From: an uncultured Gemmatimonadales bacterium
GTDB lineage: Bacteria > Gemmatimonadota > Gemmatimonadetes > Longimicrobiales > RSA9
DNA: 64,000 bases
Assembly: GCA_963708135.1 (NCBI GenBank)
Contig: OY970192.1
Coordinates: 1,440,001 to 1,504,000 of the forward strand
Reading direction: 5' to 3'
The notes beneath the pieces are model-generated. The model was not told the origin of the DNA. It did not search any database and worked only from the letters and a program-made list of their open reading frames with translations. This document shows, one piece after another, positions 20,625 to 31,119 of the stretch. Positions within the stretch are counted from its first letter, which is position 1. The number at the start of each line of letters is the position of its first letter. Both the position numbers and the translations under genes were made by a program.

Positions 20625-22196
20625 GTGTTTCAAGCCATCGGCTACTCGGCCTGGGCGCTGCACTTCCTGATCTGGTTCCCGGTCGTCGGCCTGGTCCTGG
20701 TCTTCCTCGGCTCGGAGGAGGGGGCGAAGCAGACGGCGCTCTGGGCCGCGCTCGTCGAGTTCGTCGTGTCGATCCCGCTCTGGCCGCTCTTCAATCCGGC
20801 CACGGCGTCCTTCCAGTTCGCGAGCTCCACACCGTGGATCCCGCAGTGGGGGATCTCCTACAGCATCGGGATCGATGGGATCAGCCTGTTCCTCGTGCTG
20901 CTCACCACGTTCCTGACACCGCTCACGATCCTGGGCTCCTTCAAGTACATCCAGAAGAGGCAGCGGACGTTCTACGCGATGATGCTCCTGCTGGAGACGG
21001 GGGTGGTCGGCGTCTTCGTGGCGCTCGACCTGTTCCTGTTCTTCACGTTCTGGGAGCTCATGCTGGTGCCGATGTACTTCATCATCGGCGTCTGGGGCGG
21101 GGAGCGGCGCGTCTACGCGGCGGTCAAGTTCTTCCTCTACACGACGTTCGGATCCCTGCTCATGCTGGTGGGGATCCTCTATCTGTTCTTCAAGTACCGC
21201 GCGTTGACGGGCACGGCGTCCTTCGCCTACACGGACCTGCTACAGCTGCCGCTCACGTTTCCGGAGCAGTTCTGGCTGTTCGCGGCGTTCGCCGTCGCGT
21301 TCATGATCAAGGTGCCGGTGTTCCCGTTCCACACGTGGCTGCCGGACGCGCACGTGGAAGCGCCCACGCCCGGGTCGGTGATCCTGGCGGCGGTGCTGCT
21401 CAAGATGGGCGGCTACGGCTTCCTGCGCTTTCTCCTGCCGTTCTTCCCGCACGCGGCGACGAACCCGGTGGTCATCCTCGTGCTCATGATCCTGGGGCTC
21501 ATGGGCATCATCTACGCGGCCTGGGTGGCGGCGGTGCAACCGGACGCCAAGAAGCTGATCGCCTACACGTCCGTGGCGCACATGGGGTTCGTGGTGCTCG
21601 GGATCTTCGCCTTCACCGTCCAGGGGCTGCAGGGCGCGATGATCGTGATGCTCTCCCACGGCGCGACCACGGGGGCGATGTTCCTGCTCCTGGGGATGCT
21701 CTACGAGCGGCGACACACCCGGCTCATCGCCGAGTTCGGCGGCCTGGCGTCCGTCATGCCCGTCTTCGCGGGCGTGTTCGTGCTCACGGCGCTGGCCAGC
21801 ATCGGCCTGCCCGGGACGAGCGGCTTCGTCGGCGAGTTCCTGTCCCTGCTCGGCACGTTCCAGACGCACCCGTGGGCCGCGGTGATCGGCGCCGCCGGCG
21901 TCATCTTCGCCGCCTACTACATGCTGCCGATGGTGCAGAGGATCTGGTTCAACGCGCTGGACAACCCCGCGAACCGGACGCTGCCGGACCTGAGTCGGCG
22001 GGAGATGGTGGTGCTCGCGCCGCTCGTCGCCGTGATGATCTGGATCGGGGTATACCCGAAGCCGTTCCTGGAGCGGATGGAGGTCTCGGTGGTGGAGCTG
22101 CTCCAGACGGTGGAGCAGAAGCGCGTCCCGGCGTCGCCGCTCACGCGGGCGGACGGACCGGTGGCGTCCCCCGACGGTGCGGTTGCCGGGCGCTAG
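20625..22196 (+). CDS. nuoM: NADH-quinone oxidoreductase subunit M
   Basis: FWELMLVPM, HTWLPDAHVEAP, GFVGEF. Confidence 0.96.
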   Translation: MFQAIGYSAWALHFLIWFPVVGLVLVFLGSEEGAKQTALWAALVEFVVSIPLWPLFNPATASFQFASSTPWIPQWGISYSIGIDGISLFLVLLTTFLTPLTILGSFKYIQKRQRTFYAMMLLLETGVVGVFVALDLFLFFTFWELMLVPMYFIIGVWGGERRVYAAVKFFLYTTFGSLLMLVGILYLFFKYRALTGTASFAYTDLLQLPLTFPEQFWLFAAFAVAFMIKVPVFPFHTWLPDAHVEAPTPGSVILAAVLLKMGGYGFLRFLLPFFPHAATNPVVILVLMILGLMGIIYAAWVAAVQPDAKKLIAYTSVAHMGFVVLGIFAFTVQGLQGAMIVMLSHGATTGAMFLLLGMLYERRHTRLIAEFGGLASVMPVFAGVFVLTALASIGLPGTSGFVGEFLSLLGTFQTHPWAAVIGAAGVIFAAYYMLPMVQRIWFNALDNPANRTLPDLSRREMVVLAPLVAVMIWIGVYPKPFLERMEVSVVELLQTVEQKRVPASPLTRADGPVASPDGAVAGR

Positions 22197-22220
22197 CGGC
22201 CCAAGGGCGAAACGGATCCG

Positions 22221-23732
22221 ATGCTCATCGATTACAGCTCGAAGCTCAGCTACTTCTGGGTGCTGCTGCCCGAGATCGTTCTCACGGCATGGGCGATGCT
22301 GGTGCTGCTGGTGGACGTCTTCCAGAAGGGGCACCGGAGCGAGCCGTCCACGCCCGCGATCGGGTGGATCGCGCTGCTCGGGATTCTGGTGGCGGGCGTG
22401 GCCAACGGCCTGCTGCTCGAGTTCCACGAGGCCACGCCGACGGGAGTGATGGCGCTGGACGCGTTCCGCGTCTTCTCGAACTACATCTTCCTGCTCGCCG
22501 GCGCGCTGTTCGTGCTGATCTCGACCCGCTACCTGGACCAGGAGCACATCCGGCTGGGCGAGCTGTATGTGCTCGTGCTGTTCGGGATCGTGGGGATGAT
22601 GGTGTTCGCGGGCAGCCGCGACCTGATGGTCATCTTCCTCGGCCTCGAGCTCATGTCGGTCCCGGTCTATGTGCTCACGGGCGCCAACCGGCGCGATGTC
22701 CGCTCGGCCGAGGGCGCGCTCAAGTACTTCCTGCTGGGAGCCTTCTCGAGCGCCTTCTTCCTGTTCGGCATCGCGCTCATCTACGGCGGTGCGAGGAGCA
22801 CGAACCTGGCGATGGTGGCCTCCGCGATCGGCGTGGACGGGCTCGGCGCGAACACCCTGATCCTGGTCGGCATGGCCTTCCTCGCCGTCGGATTCGGCTT
22901 CAAGGTGGCGGCGGTGCCGTTTCACATGTGGACGCCGGATGCGTACGAGGGCGCGCCAGCGCCGATCACCGGCTTCATGGCGGCGGGCGTGAAGGCGGCG
23001 GCGTTCGCGGCGTTCCTGCGCGTGTTCCTCACGGCGTTCCCCGGCCTCTACGACACGTGGGGCGCGATCCTGTTCTGGATGGCGATCGTCACCATGGTCG
23101 GCGCGAACCTGGTGGCGCTGGTGGAGGGCAACGTGAAGCGGATGCTCGCCTACTCGAGCATCGCGCACGCGGGCTATCTGCTGGTAGCGCTGGCAGCGGC
23201 GAGCGTCATCGGCGCCGCGTCGTTCCTCTTCTACCTCGTGGTCTACACCTTCATGACGGTGGGGGCGTTCGCGGTGGTGCTGGCGGTGGCCGGGCTGCAC
23301 GAGGAGCGGCTGAACGTGGAGGCCTACAGCGGCCTCGGCTGGCGGCAGCCGCTTCTCGGCGTCGTCATGACGATCTTCCTGCTCTCGCTCGCCGGCTTCC
23401 CCCTCACCGGCGGGTTCATCGGCAAGGTGTTCATCCTGCGGGCGGCGGTGGAGCGCGGGCTGGTCTCGCTCGCCGTGATCCTGGCCATGGCCTCGCTCGT
23501 CTCGTACTGGTACTACCTGCGGGTGGCGTGGTTCATGTGGTTCCGGGAGCCGCCCGAGGGCGCGCGGCCGCTGCCGGCGATCGGCGGCGGGTTGAAGTTC
23601 GCACTGGTCCTCGCGGCGCTCGCGGTGGTCGTGCTCGGCGTCTTCCCGGGTGTGATCCTGGGCGCGGCCGAGCGCAGCGCGAGCACGATCGTGCAGTCGC
23701 CCGGGGCGTTGCTGGGGCTGCTGCCGCGCTGA
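22221..23732 (+). CDS. nuoN: NADH-quinone oxidoreductase subunit N
   Basis: EGALKYF, PFHMWTPDAYEGAP, KRMLAYSSIAHAGY. Confidence 0.96.
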   Translation: MLIDYSSKLSYFWVLLPEIVLTAWAMLVLLVDVFQKGHRSEPSTPAIGWIALLGILVAGVANGLLLEFHEATPTGVMALDAFRVFSNYIFLLAGALFVLISTRYLDQEHIRLGELYVLVLFGIVGMMVFAGSRDLMVIFLGLELMSVPVYVLTGANRRDVRSAEGALKYFLLGAFSSAFFLFGIALIYGGARSTNLAMVASAIGVDGLGANTLILVGMAFLAVGFGFKVAAVPFHMWTPDAYEGAPAPITGFMAAGVKAAAFAAFLRVFLTAFPGLYDTWGAILFWMAIVTMVGANLVALVEGNVKRMLAYSSIAHAGYLLVALAAASVIGAASFLFYLVVYTFMTVGAFAVVLAVAGLHEERLNVEAYSGLGWRQPLLGVVMTIFLLSLAGFPLTGGFIGKVFILRAAVERGLVSLAVILAMASLVSYWYYLRVAWFMWFREPPEGARPLPAIGGGLKFALVLAALAVVVLGVFPGVILGAAERSASTIVQSPGALLGLLPR

Positions 23733-23841
23733 GCTCGAGGGGCCGGCGAGCCGGCGTGCGCGAGGTGGGCTCGGCCGGCGCGCGCGCCGGCCCGCCGCCG
23801 CCGCTCCGCCAATGATCGAAGCGCGAAGGAGAGAGACGGCA

Positions 23842-25215
23842 ATGGAGATCAATCCGCACATCTTCCGCGAATACGACATCCGCGGCGTGGTGAGCCGGGA
23901 CTTCGGGGGCGAGGTCCCGCGCCTCGTCGGGCAATCGTACGCGAGCGAGCTGCGGTCCCGGCGCGGGGGCGAGGAGAGGCTGAGGGTGGCGGTCGGGTGC
24001 GACAACCGGCCGAGCTCGCCGGATCTCAAGGCGCGCGTGATCGAGGGGATCCGCGCGGCGGGCGTCGGCGTCCTGGACGTAGGCACGGTGCCGACACCGG
24101 TCCTCTACTACGTGACGGAGCGCTACGAGACGGACGGCGGACTCCAGATCACGGGCTCGCACAACCCGCCGGAGTACAACGGCTTCAAGATGGTGATCGG
24201 CGGGCGGGCGCTGTACGGTGCCGCCATCCAGCGCCTGCGAGAGCGGATCGAGCGCGGCGAGCTGGAGACGGGGGTGGGCGCGCTGGAGACAAAGAACGTG
24301 CTGCCGATCTACCTGGACGACATCGCCGGCCGCTTCGACCTGTCACGGCCCGTCAAGGTGGTGGCCGACTGCGGCAACGGCACGGGGAGTCTGGTGGCCG
24401 TGAGCCTGCTGGAGCGCATCGGCGCGGAGGTGGTGCCGCTCTACTGCGAGTCCGACGGGACGTTCCCGAACCACCACCCCGATCCCGTCGTCGATGAGAA
24501 CCTGCGCGACCTGGTCGATCGGGTCCGCGCGGAGGGTGCGGAGCTCGGCGTCGCCTTCAATGGCGATGCCGACCGGATCGGGGCTGTGGACGACCGCGGG
24601 CAGATCATCCGGGGCGACATGCTGCTGCTGCTGTTCGGGCTGGACCTCCTCGAGCGGCGCGGGCCGGGGCAGAAGATGATCTTCGACGTGAAGTGCTCGC
24701 AGGCCCTGCCGGAGGTGTTCGGCGCGGCGGGGGGCGAGCCGATCCTGTGGAAGACGGGTCATTCGCTGATCAAGGAGAAGATGAAGGAGACGGGCGCGCC
24801 GCTCGGGGGGGAGCTGTCCGGCCACATCTGCTTCGCGGACGAGTACTTCGGCTTCGACGACGCCCTGTACGCCGCCTGCCGCCTGATCGAGCTCGTGGCC
24901 CGCTCGGCCGAGCCGCTGTCGGCGCGCATGGCCGCGTTCCCCTCCTACGTGTCCACACCGGAGATCCGCGTCGAGGTGCCGGAGGAGGAGAAGTTCGAGG
25001 TGGTGGCACGGGCGGTGGAGCACTTCCGCGCCGGGCACGAGGTCATCGACGTGGACGGGGCGAGGGTGCTATTCGACGGCGGCTGGGGGCTCCTGCGCGC
25101 CTCCAACACGCAGCCCGTCCTGGTGCTGCGCTTCGAGGCGAAGAGCGCGGAACGGCTCGCGCAGATCCGCGGCACGATGGAGGAGTGGCTGCGGGGGCAG
25201 GGAGTGCGGATCTGA
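23842..25215 (+). CDS. Phosphomannomutase/phosphoglucomutase (AlgC-like)
   Basis: IFREYDIRG, TGSHNP catalytic Ser, GELSGH, RASNTQP; metal loop reads NGDADR. Confidence 0.92.
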   Translation: MEINPHIFREYDIRGVVSRDFGGEVPRLVGQSYASELRSRRGGEERLRVAVGCDNRPSSPDLKARVIEGIRAAGVGVLDVGTVPTPVLYYVTERYETDGGLQITGSHNPPEYNGFKMVIGGRALYGAAIQRLRERIERGELETGVGALETKNVLPIYLDDIAGRFDLSRPVKVVADCGNGTGSLVAVSLLERIGAEVVPLYCESDGTFPNHHPDPVVDENLRDLVDRVRAEGAELGVAFNGDADRIGAVDDRGQIIRGDMLLLLFGLDLLERRGPGQKMIFDVKCSQALPEVFGAAGGEPILWKTGHSLIKEKMKETGAPLGGELSGHICFADEYFGFDDALYAACRLIELVARSAEPLSARMAAFPSYVSTPEIRVEVPEEEKFEVVARAVEHFRAGHEVIDVDGARVLFDGGWGLLRASNTQPVLVLRFEAKSAERLAQIRGTMEEWLRGQGVRI

Positions 25216-25216
25216 C

Positions 25217-27958
25217 ATGCTGAAGCGTCCGGTGCGCGTCCTCATCGCGGCGGCAGTGCTGCTCGTCGTGGCACTCACCGGCGGGCGTGCGCTGGTCGGG
25301 CTCTACACGGACGCGCTCTGGTACTCGACGCTTGGCTACGTGGGCGTCTTCTGGACCCGGCTCGGCGCGGGCGCGGCCGTCCGCACCACGGCCGGCGTCG
25401 CGGGCGCCGCCCTCGTCATGTTGAACCTGGGGCTGGTCTCGCGCCGCCTGGGGCCGGTGCACCTGCGGCGCCGCTACGGCAACCTGGAGATCGCCGAGCA
25501 GGTGCCCCGGGCCTATCTGCTGGGGGGCATGGCCGTGACCGCCGTGCTCGCCGGCTGGTGGCTCTCGGGGCTGGAGTTCGGAGGCGACGCGTCGCTCGCC
25601 ATGCTCGCGTGGGTGCGCCACGCCTCGTGGGGCCTCCAGGATCCACTCTTCGGCCACGACGTCGGCTTCTACGTCTTCACCCTGCCCGCGCTGTACCGGA
25701 TCGCCGACTTCCTCTTTCTGGCGCTCGTCTGGAGCGCGCTCCTGGTGCTGCTCGGCTACGTGCTCGTGGGAGGCATCCGCTGGAAGGACAACCGGCCCGA
25801 AGTGGACGACAGCACCCGACTGCACTTCATGTTGCTGGTGGCGGCGCTCGTGGCGCTGCTGGCCGTCCGCTACTGGCTCGGCCGCTACACGCTCCTGCTG
25901 GACGGCTCCGGCTTCGACAACATGCTCGGCTACACGGACGTGGCGGCGAGGCTGCCGGGCCAGCGCGGGCTGGCGGTGATCGCGCTGATCACGGCGGGCA
26001 CCATCGTCTACGGCGCATTGCGGCGGACATGGCTGGCGCCGGCGATCGCGCTGGGAGTGCTGGTGGTCGGGGCGATCGTGCTCGGGCAGGTTTACCCGTC
26101 CCTCGTGCAGAAGCTGCGCGTCGAGCCGAACCAGTACGTGCGCGAGAGCCGCTACATCCGCTGGAGCCTGGAGTTCACGCGCCGCGCCTACGGGCTGGAC
26201 CACCTGGAGCGGCGCATGCTGCCGTACCGGCGGGCCGCGCCGCCGACGTGGAGCTCCGTCGCGGGGGAGCTCGACCGCCTTCCGCTCTGGGACCCGGAGC
26301 CGCTGCGGACCGCCTTCAACCAGATCCAGGCGATCTACGGCTACTACCATTTCCCGCAGGTGGACTACGACCGCTACGCCACGCAGGCCGGGCAGCGGCA
26401 GACGGCGATCGGCGTGCGCGAGTTCTATCCCGAAGGGCTGCCCGAGACCTCCAAGAACTGGCTGACGCTGACGCTCAACCCGAAGTTCCTGCGCGGGGTT
26501 GGGGAGGTGCTGACGCCGGCGGACGCGGCGGGCGCGCAGGGTGAGCCGGTGCTCTGGCTGGGGGATGTCGATCCCGTCGTGCGCAGCCCCGACGCGCCGG
26601 CTTCGGCCGGGCTCACCGAGCCAAGCATCTTCGTGGGGGAGACCACGAGTGGCTACGTCGTGCTGATCCCCGGCCGCGACGGCGCCTTGCGCGGAACCCC
26701 CGGCCGCGACTTCCCCGCGGGCGTCACCCTATCCTCGTGGACCCGCCTGCTGGCGTTCGCCTGGCGCTTCGGGGACAAGAACCTGCTCTTCTCGGGCGAG
26801 CTCACGCCGCAGAGCCGGATCTTCTGGCGGCGCTCGGTCGGCGAGCGGGTGCGCTCGCTCGCCCCGTTCGTCGTCTGGGATCCGGACCCCTACGCGGTGG
26901 TCGCGAACGGGCGCACCTACTGGATCGTGGACGGTTACACCACCTCGACGACGTTCCCCCTCTCGCACCCGCTCCAGATCGACGGGGTGGGCCGGCTCCG
27001 CTACCTGCGCAACAGCGTGAAGGCCACGGTGGACGCGGTCACGGGAGCGGTCGTCTTCTACGACGTGGATCCCGGCGACCCGGTGCTGGAGACCTACGGG
27101 CGCATCTTCACGGGGCTCCTGCGGCCGCTGACGGACATGCCGCAGGCGCTGCGTGTGCACCTGCGCTACCCCGCGCTCTACTTCGAGGCACAGGCCCAGC
27201 TGCTCCAGCAGTACCACCTGGTCCGGCCGGAGGCGTTCTACGCCGGCCAGGACGTGTGGCAGCTGCCCCAGGAGTCCGGCCCGCAGGGGGTCCCTCGCGC
27301 CATGCGGCCGATGTACACGACCATGGCGGTGCCGGGAGGGAAGGCGGCGGAGTTCCTCCTGACCGTCCCGTTCATTGCCCGCGAGCGCCAGAACATGACG
27401 GCGATGCTCATCGCCCGCAACAATGGCGCCCACTACGGCGAGCTGCTGCTGCTGGAGCTGCCGCGCGACCAGCAGATCCCCGGGCCGGGCCAGGTGCAGG
27501 CGCTGATGGAGCAGGATCCGACCATCTCGCCGCAGCTCACGCTCTGGCGTCAGGCGGGCAGCGACGTCAACCTGGGACACCTGCGCATCGTCCCGCTGGA
27601 CAGCTCCTTCCTCTACATCCAGCCGCTGTTCCTGTCGGCGCAGGGGAGCCCGATCCCCGAGCTCAAGCGCGTCATCGTCAGCGACGGCCGGTCCGCCGTC
27701 ATGGACAGCGTGCTCGCCAATGCGGTGCGCGGCCTCTCCAGCCCGAACACAAAGGCAACCGCCGCTCCGGCAGAGACGGCGGCGGCCGCGCCGAGCCTGA
27801 CGCCGCCGCCGGCGACGGGAGCATGGCCACGCCGCGCGCTCGACCTGATGGAGGAGGCGGACCGGCGTCTCCGGGCCGGTGATTTCGCTGGCTTCGGCCG
27901 GGCGTGGGGCGAGCTCCGGACGCTGCTTCGCGGGCTTGCTCCGGACACGGCCCGATGA
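25217..27958 (+). CDS. UPF0182 family membrane protein
   Basis: 913 aa; N-terminal multi-TM region with DPLFGHDVGFYVF; DPYAV..YWIVDGYT, YLRNSVKATVDA. Confidence 0.9.
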   Translation: MLKRPVRVLIAAAVLLVVALTGGRALVGLYTDALWYSTLGYVGVFWTRLGAGAAVRTTAGVAGAALVMLNLGLVSRRLGPVHLRRRYGNLEIAEQVPRAYLLGGMAVTAVLAGWWLSGLEFGGDASLAMLAWVRHASWGLQDPLFGHDVGFYVFTLPALYRIADFLFLALVWSALLVLLGYVLVGGIRWKDNRPEVDDSTRLHFMLLVAALVALLAVRYWLGRYTLLLDGSGFDNMLGYTDVAARLPGQRGLAVIALITAGTIVYGALRRTWLAPAIALGVLVVGAIVLGQVYPSLVQKLRVEPNQYVRESRYIRWSLEFTRRAYGLDHLERRMLPYRRAAPPTWSSVAGELDRLPLWDPEPLRTAFNQIQAIYGYYHFPQVDYDRYATQAGQRQTAIGVREFYPEGLPETSKNWLTLTLNPKFLRGVGEVLTPADAAGAQGEPVLWLGDVDPVVRSPDAPASAGLTEPSIFVGETTSGYVVLIPGRDGALRGTPGRDFPAGVTLSSWTRLLAFAWRFGDKNLLFSGELTPQSRIFWRRSVGERVRSLAPFVVWDPDPYAVVANGRTYWIVDGYTTSTTFPLSHPLQIDGVGRLRYLRNSVKATVDAVTGAVVFYDVDPGDPVLETYGRIFTGLLRPLTDMPQALRVHLRYPALYFEAQAQLLQQYHLVRPEAFYAGQDVWQLPQESGPQGVPRAMRPMYTTMAVPGGKAAEFLLTVPFIARERQNMTAMLIARNNGAHYGELLLLELPRDQQIPGPGQVQALMEQDPTISPQLTLWRQAGSDVNLGHLRIVPLDSSFLYIQPLFLSAQGSPIPELKRVIVSDGRSAVMDSVLANAVRGLSSPNTKATAAPAETAAAAPSLTPPPATGAWPRRALDLMEEADRRLRAGDFAGFGRAWGELRTLLRGLAPDTAR

Positions 27959-28042
27959 GCGGCGCGCGGGCGGCGGGATGAGCCGCGGACGGAGGCCTCC
28001 GGAGGCGCTTCCCGAGGCCCGAGCGCAGCGCTCCGACGCGGG

Positions 28043-28071
28043 TTGCACGTGCCCCGGAGCGCCCTTATGAT
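28043..28071 (+). promoter_or_regulatory. Sigma70 promoter of arcC-sucCD operon
   Basis: TTGCAC-N17-TATGAT. Confidence 0.65.
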
Positions 28072-28090
28072 TGCGCAGCCGTCAACCGGG

Positions 28091-29041
28091 ATGGACGCTC
28101 CCGCGCGCGCCATCGTGGTTGCGCTGGGCGGCAACGCGCTGCAGCCGTCGGGAGAGCGCGGCGATATCCACGAACAGTTCGCGCACACGCGCGAGAGCCT
28201 GGCGCCGATCGTCGCGCTGGCCCGCGAGGGCTGGCGCATCGCCGTCGTGCACGGCAACGGCCCGCAGATCGGGGATGAGCTGCGGCGCAACGAGGAGGCG
28301 CGCGCGGAGCTGCCGCCCCTGCCCCTCGGGGTGCTGGTCGCGGCCACCGCCGGGTGGATCGGCTACATGATCCAGCAGTCGCTGGAGAACGCGCTCGAGC
28401 GGTCGGGCGTGCGCCGTCCGGTCGCTACCGTGATCACACAGGTCGTCGTGGATCCGGCCGACCCGGCGACGCACGAGCCCACGAAGCCGATCGGGCGCGT
28501 CATGGCGGAGGAGAGGGGCGCGCGGGCGCTGGCGCACGAGCTCGGCTGGACGGTTGGCCCCGTGGATGGTGGCTGGCGCCGACTGGTCCCCTCCCCGCGG
28601 CCGCTAGCGATCGTGGAAGCGCCCGTCATTCGCACGCTCGTCGAGGCGGGCACGATCGTGATCGCGGTGGGCGGTGGCGGAACGCCGGTCTACCGGGACC
28701 CGGTACTGCGACTCGAGGGCGTGGACGCGGTGATCGACAAGGACCGTGCGGCCGCGGTGCTGGCCACCGAGATCGACGCAGAGGCGCTGCTGATCCTGAC
28801 CAACGTGGACGGGGTGTACCGCGGGTGGGGCACGCCGGGGCAGGAGCGGATCGTGCGGCTCACGGCCGCACAGGCGGAGGCGCTGCTGGGGGAGGGTGGG
28901 CTCGGGCGGGGGAGCATGGCCCCGAAGCTGGAGGCCGCGCTCGCGTTCCTGCGCGGCAGCGGCCGGCGCGCCTTCATCGGGCGCCTGGACGAGGGGCTAG
29001 AAACTGTGAACGAACAGGCGGGCACGCTCGTGGTGCCCTGA
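28091..29041 (+). CDS. arcC: Carbamate kinase
   Basis: VALGGNAL, HGNGPQIG, PTKPIG, AVIDKD, GSMAPK. Confidence 0.93.
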   Translation: MDAPARAIVVALGGNALQPSGERGDIHEQFAHTRESLAPIVALAREGWRIAVVHGNGPQIGDELRRNEEARAELPPLPLGVLVAATAGWIGYMIQQSLENALERSGVRRPVATVITQVVVDPADPATHEPTKPIGRVMAEERGARALAHELGWTVGPVDGGWRRLVPSPRPLAIVEAPVIRTLVEAGTIVIAVGGGGTPVYRDPVLRLEGVDAVIDKDRAAAVLATEIDAEALLILTNVDGVYRGWGTPGQERIVRLTAAQAEALLGEGGLGRGSMAPKLEAALAFLRGSGRRAFIGRLDEGLETVNEQAGTLVVP

Positions 29042-29054
29042 GAGAGCGGGGGAG

Positions 29055-30206
29055 ATGAACATTCACGAGTACCAGGCCAGGGAGATCCTGCGTGCCCACG
29101 GAATCCCGGTTCCGCCGGGTGAGGTGACACGCACGCCGGAGGAGGCGGAGCGGATCGCGGCGGGCTATGGCGGGGCCGTAGTGGTGAAGGCGCAGGTGCA
29201 CGCGGGCGGACGCGGCAAGGCCGGCGGCGTGAAGCTGGCGAAGGACGCGGCCGAGGCGCGCGAGCGCGCCGGCGCGATCCTCGGGATGCGGATCAAGGGC
29301 CTCACGGTGGAGCAGGTGCTGGTCGCGCGCGCCGAGGACATCGCGTCAGAGAGCTACGTGGGGATCGTGGTCGACCGTGCGACGAAGCGGCCGGTCGTCA
29401 TGGTCAGCGCTGAGGGCGGGATCGACATCGAGGAGGTCGCGGCCACCAAGCCGGAGGCGATCCGGCGGCTGGCCGTGGATCCGCGCTACGGGCTGCTCCC
29501 GTTCCAGGCGTACGAGCTGGCGTGCGCGCTCTACGACGACATCGGGCAGCAGCGGGCGTGCGCGCGCATCCTGCGACGGCTCTACGATGCCTTCGTGGAC
29601 AGCGGCGCCTCGCTGGCGGAGATCAATCCGCTGATCACGACGCCGGCGGGCGAGGTGAAGGCGATCGACGCCAAGATGAACATCGACGACAACGAGCTGT
29701 TCCGGCACGCCGACATCGAGGCCCTGCGGGATACGTCCTCGGAGCCGGAGGCGGAGACCACGGCGCGCGAGGCCTCGCTCACCTACATCCAGCTCGACGG
29801 CGACATCGGCGCCGTGGTCAACGGCGCCGGCCTGGCCATGGCCACGATGGATCTCATCAAGTTCTACGGCGGCGAGCCGGCGAACTTCCTGGACATCGGC
29901 GGCTCGTCGAATCCGGACAAGGTGGTCAACGCGCTGAAGATCATCACGAGCGACGAGAACGTCCGGGTCATCCTGTTCAACATCTTCGGCGGGATCACGC
30001 GCTGCGACGACGTGGCGAACGGCATCCTGGAGGCGACGCGCCGCATCGAGATCGGCGTGCCGCTGGTGATCCGGCTGACCGGCACGAACGAGGAGGCAGC
30101 GCTGCCGATCCTCGAGTCGGCCGGCTTCGGGGCCTCCACCTCGATGGACGAGGTGGTTCAGAAGGCGGTGGCGCTGGCCAAGGACTCGGCGGGGGCGAGG
30201 GGCTGA
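29055..30206 (+). CDS. sucC: Succinyl-CoA synthetase beta subunit
   Basis: [39 protein letters not shown]. Confidence 0.97.
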   Translation: MNIHEYQAREILRAHGIPVPPGEVTRTPEEAERIAAGYGGAVVVKAQVHAGGRGKAGGVKLAKDAAEARERAGAILGMRIKGLTVEQVLVARAEDIASESYVGIVVDRATKRPVVMVSAEGGIDIEEVAATKPEAIRRLAVDPRYGLLPFQAYELACALYDDIGQQRACARILRRLYDAFVDSGASLAEINPLITTPAGEVKAIDAKMNIDDNELFRHADIEALRDTSSEPEAETTAREASLTYIQLDGDIGAVVNGAGLAMATMDLIKFYGGEPANFLDIGGSSNPDKVVNALKIITSDENVRVILFNIFGGITRCDDVANGILEATRRIEIGVPLVIRLTGTNEEAALPILESAGFGASTSMDEVVQKAVALAKDSAGARG

Positions 30207-30209
30207 CCA

Positions 30210-31091
30210 ATGTCGATCTTCATAGATGAGAGCACGAAGGTGCTCGTGCAGGGGATCACCGGGCGCGACGGCTCGTTCCACGCCCGGCAGATGATGGAGT
30301 ACGGGACGCGCGTAGTCGCGGGGGTCACGCCCGGCAAGGGCGGCCAGGTGTTCGACGGCGGAGAGGGCGGCACGGCGCCAATCTTCGACACCGTCGAGGA
30401 GGCGGTGGAGGCGACGGGCGCCGACGCCTCGATCATCTACGTCCCCCCCGCCTTCGCCGCGGACGCGATCATGGAGGCGGCCGATGCGGGAATCGGCTTC
30501 ATCGTGGCGATCACGGAAGGCGTGCCGGTGCTCGACATGACGCGCGTGTGGCCCTTCGTCGAGGAGCGCGGCGCGCGCCTGCTCGGGCCGAACTGCCCGG
30601 GGCTGCTCGCACCGGGGAAGTCCAAGATCGGGATCATGCCCGGCCAGATCGCGAGGCCGGGAAGCGTCGGAGTGGTCTCCCGCTCCGGCACGCTCACGTA
30701 CGAGGTCGTCTACCAGCTGACCCGCGCGGGCATCGGCCAGAGCACGTGCGTGGGCATCGGCGGTGATCCGATCATCGGCACCAACTTCATCGATTGCCTT
30801 GCCGCATTCGAGGAGGACGAGGAGACGCGCGCCGTCGTGATGATCGGCGAAATCGGCGGCACCGACGAGCAGATGGCGGCCGCGTTCGTCAAGGAGAAGC
30901 TCTCGAAGCCCGTCGTCGGCTTCATTGCCGGCCAGACGGCGCCACCCGGCCGGCGCATGGGCCACGCCGGAGCGATCATCAGCGGTTCGGCCGGTACCGC
31001 CGCGGAGAAGATCCAGGCGTTCGAGGAGAACGGGATCCGGGTCATGCGGCGGCCGTCCGACGTCGTCGAGTTGATCCGGGAGGTGCTCTGA
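30210..31091 (+). CDS. sucD: Succinyl-CoA synthetase alpha subunit
   Basis: [29 protein letters not shown]. Confidence 0.97.
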   Translation: MSIFIDESTKVLVQGITGRDGSFHARQMMEYGTRVVAGVTPGKGGQVFDGGEGGTAPIFDTVEEAVEATGADASIIYVPPAFAADAIMEAADAGIGFIVAITEGVPVLDMTRVWPFVEERGARLLGPNCPGLLAPGKSKIGIMPGQIARPGSVGVVSRSGTLTYEVVYQLTRAGIGQSTCVGIGGDPIIGTNFIDCLAAFEEDEETRAVVMIGEIGGTDEQMAAAFVKEKLSKPVVGFIAGQTAPPGRRMGHAGAIISGSAGTAAEKIQAFEENGIRVMRRPSDVVELIREVL

Positions 31092-31119
31092 CCGGCACCC
31101 CGCCGGCCGGAGCGCGCGC

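Noticed and set aside
23733..23841. GC-rich intergenic inverted repeats (also 27959-28040 and 41100-41160) as ncRNA or REP elements
   Set aside because: No shared sequence among them and no recognisable RNA family; pairing is expected by chance
20834..24086. Very long alternative-frame and antisense ORFs (993 aa, 948 aa and many similar across the window)
   Set aside because: Arg/Gly/Ala/Pro-rich shadows of real genes, expected from stop-codon scarcity at high GC; no motifs
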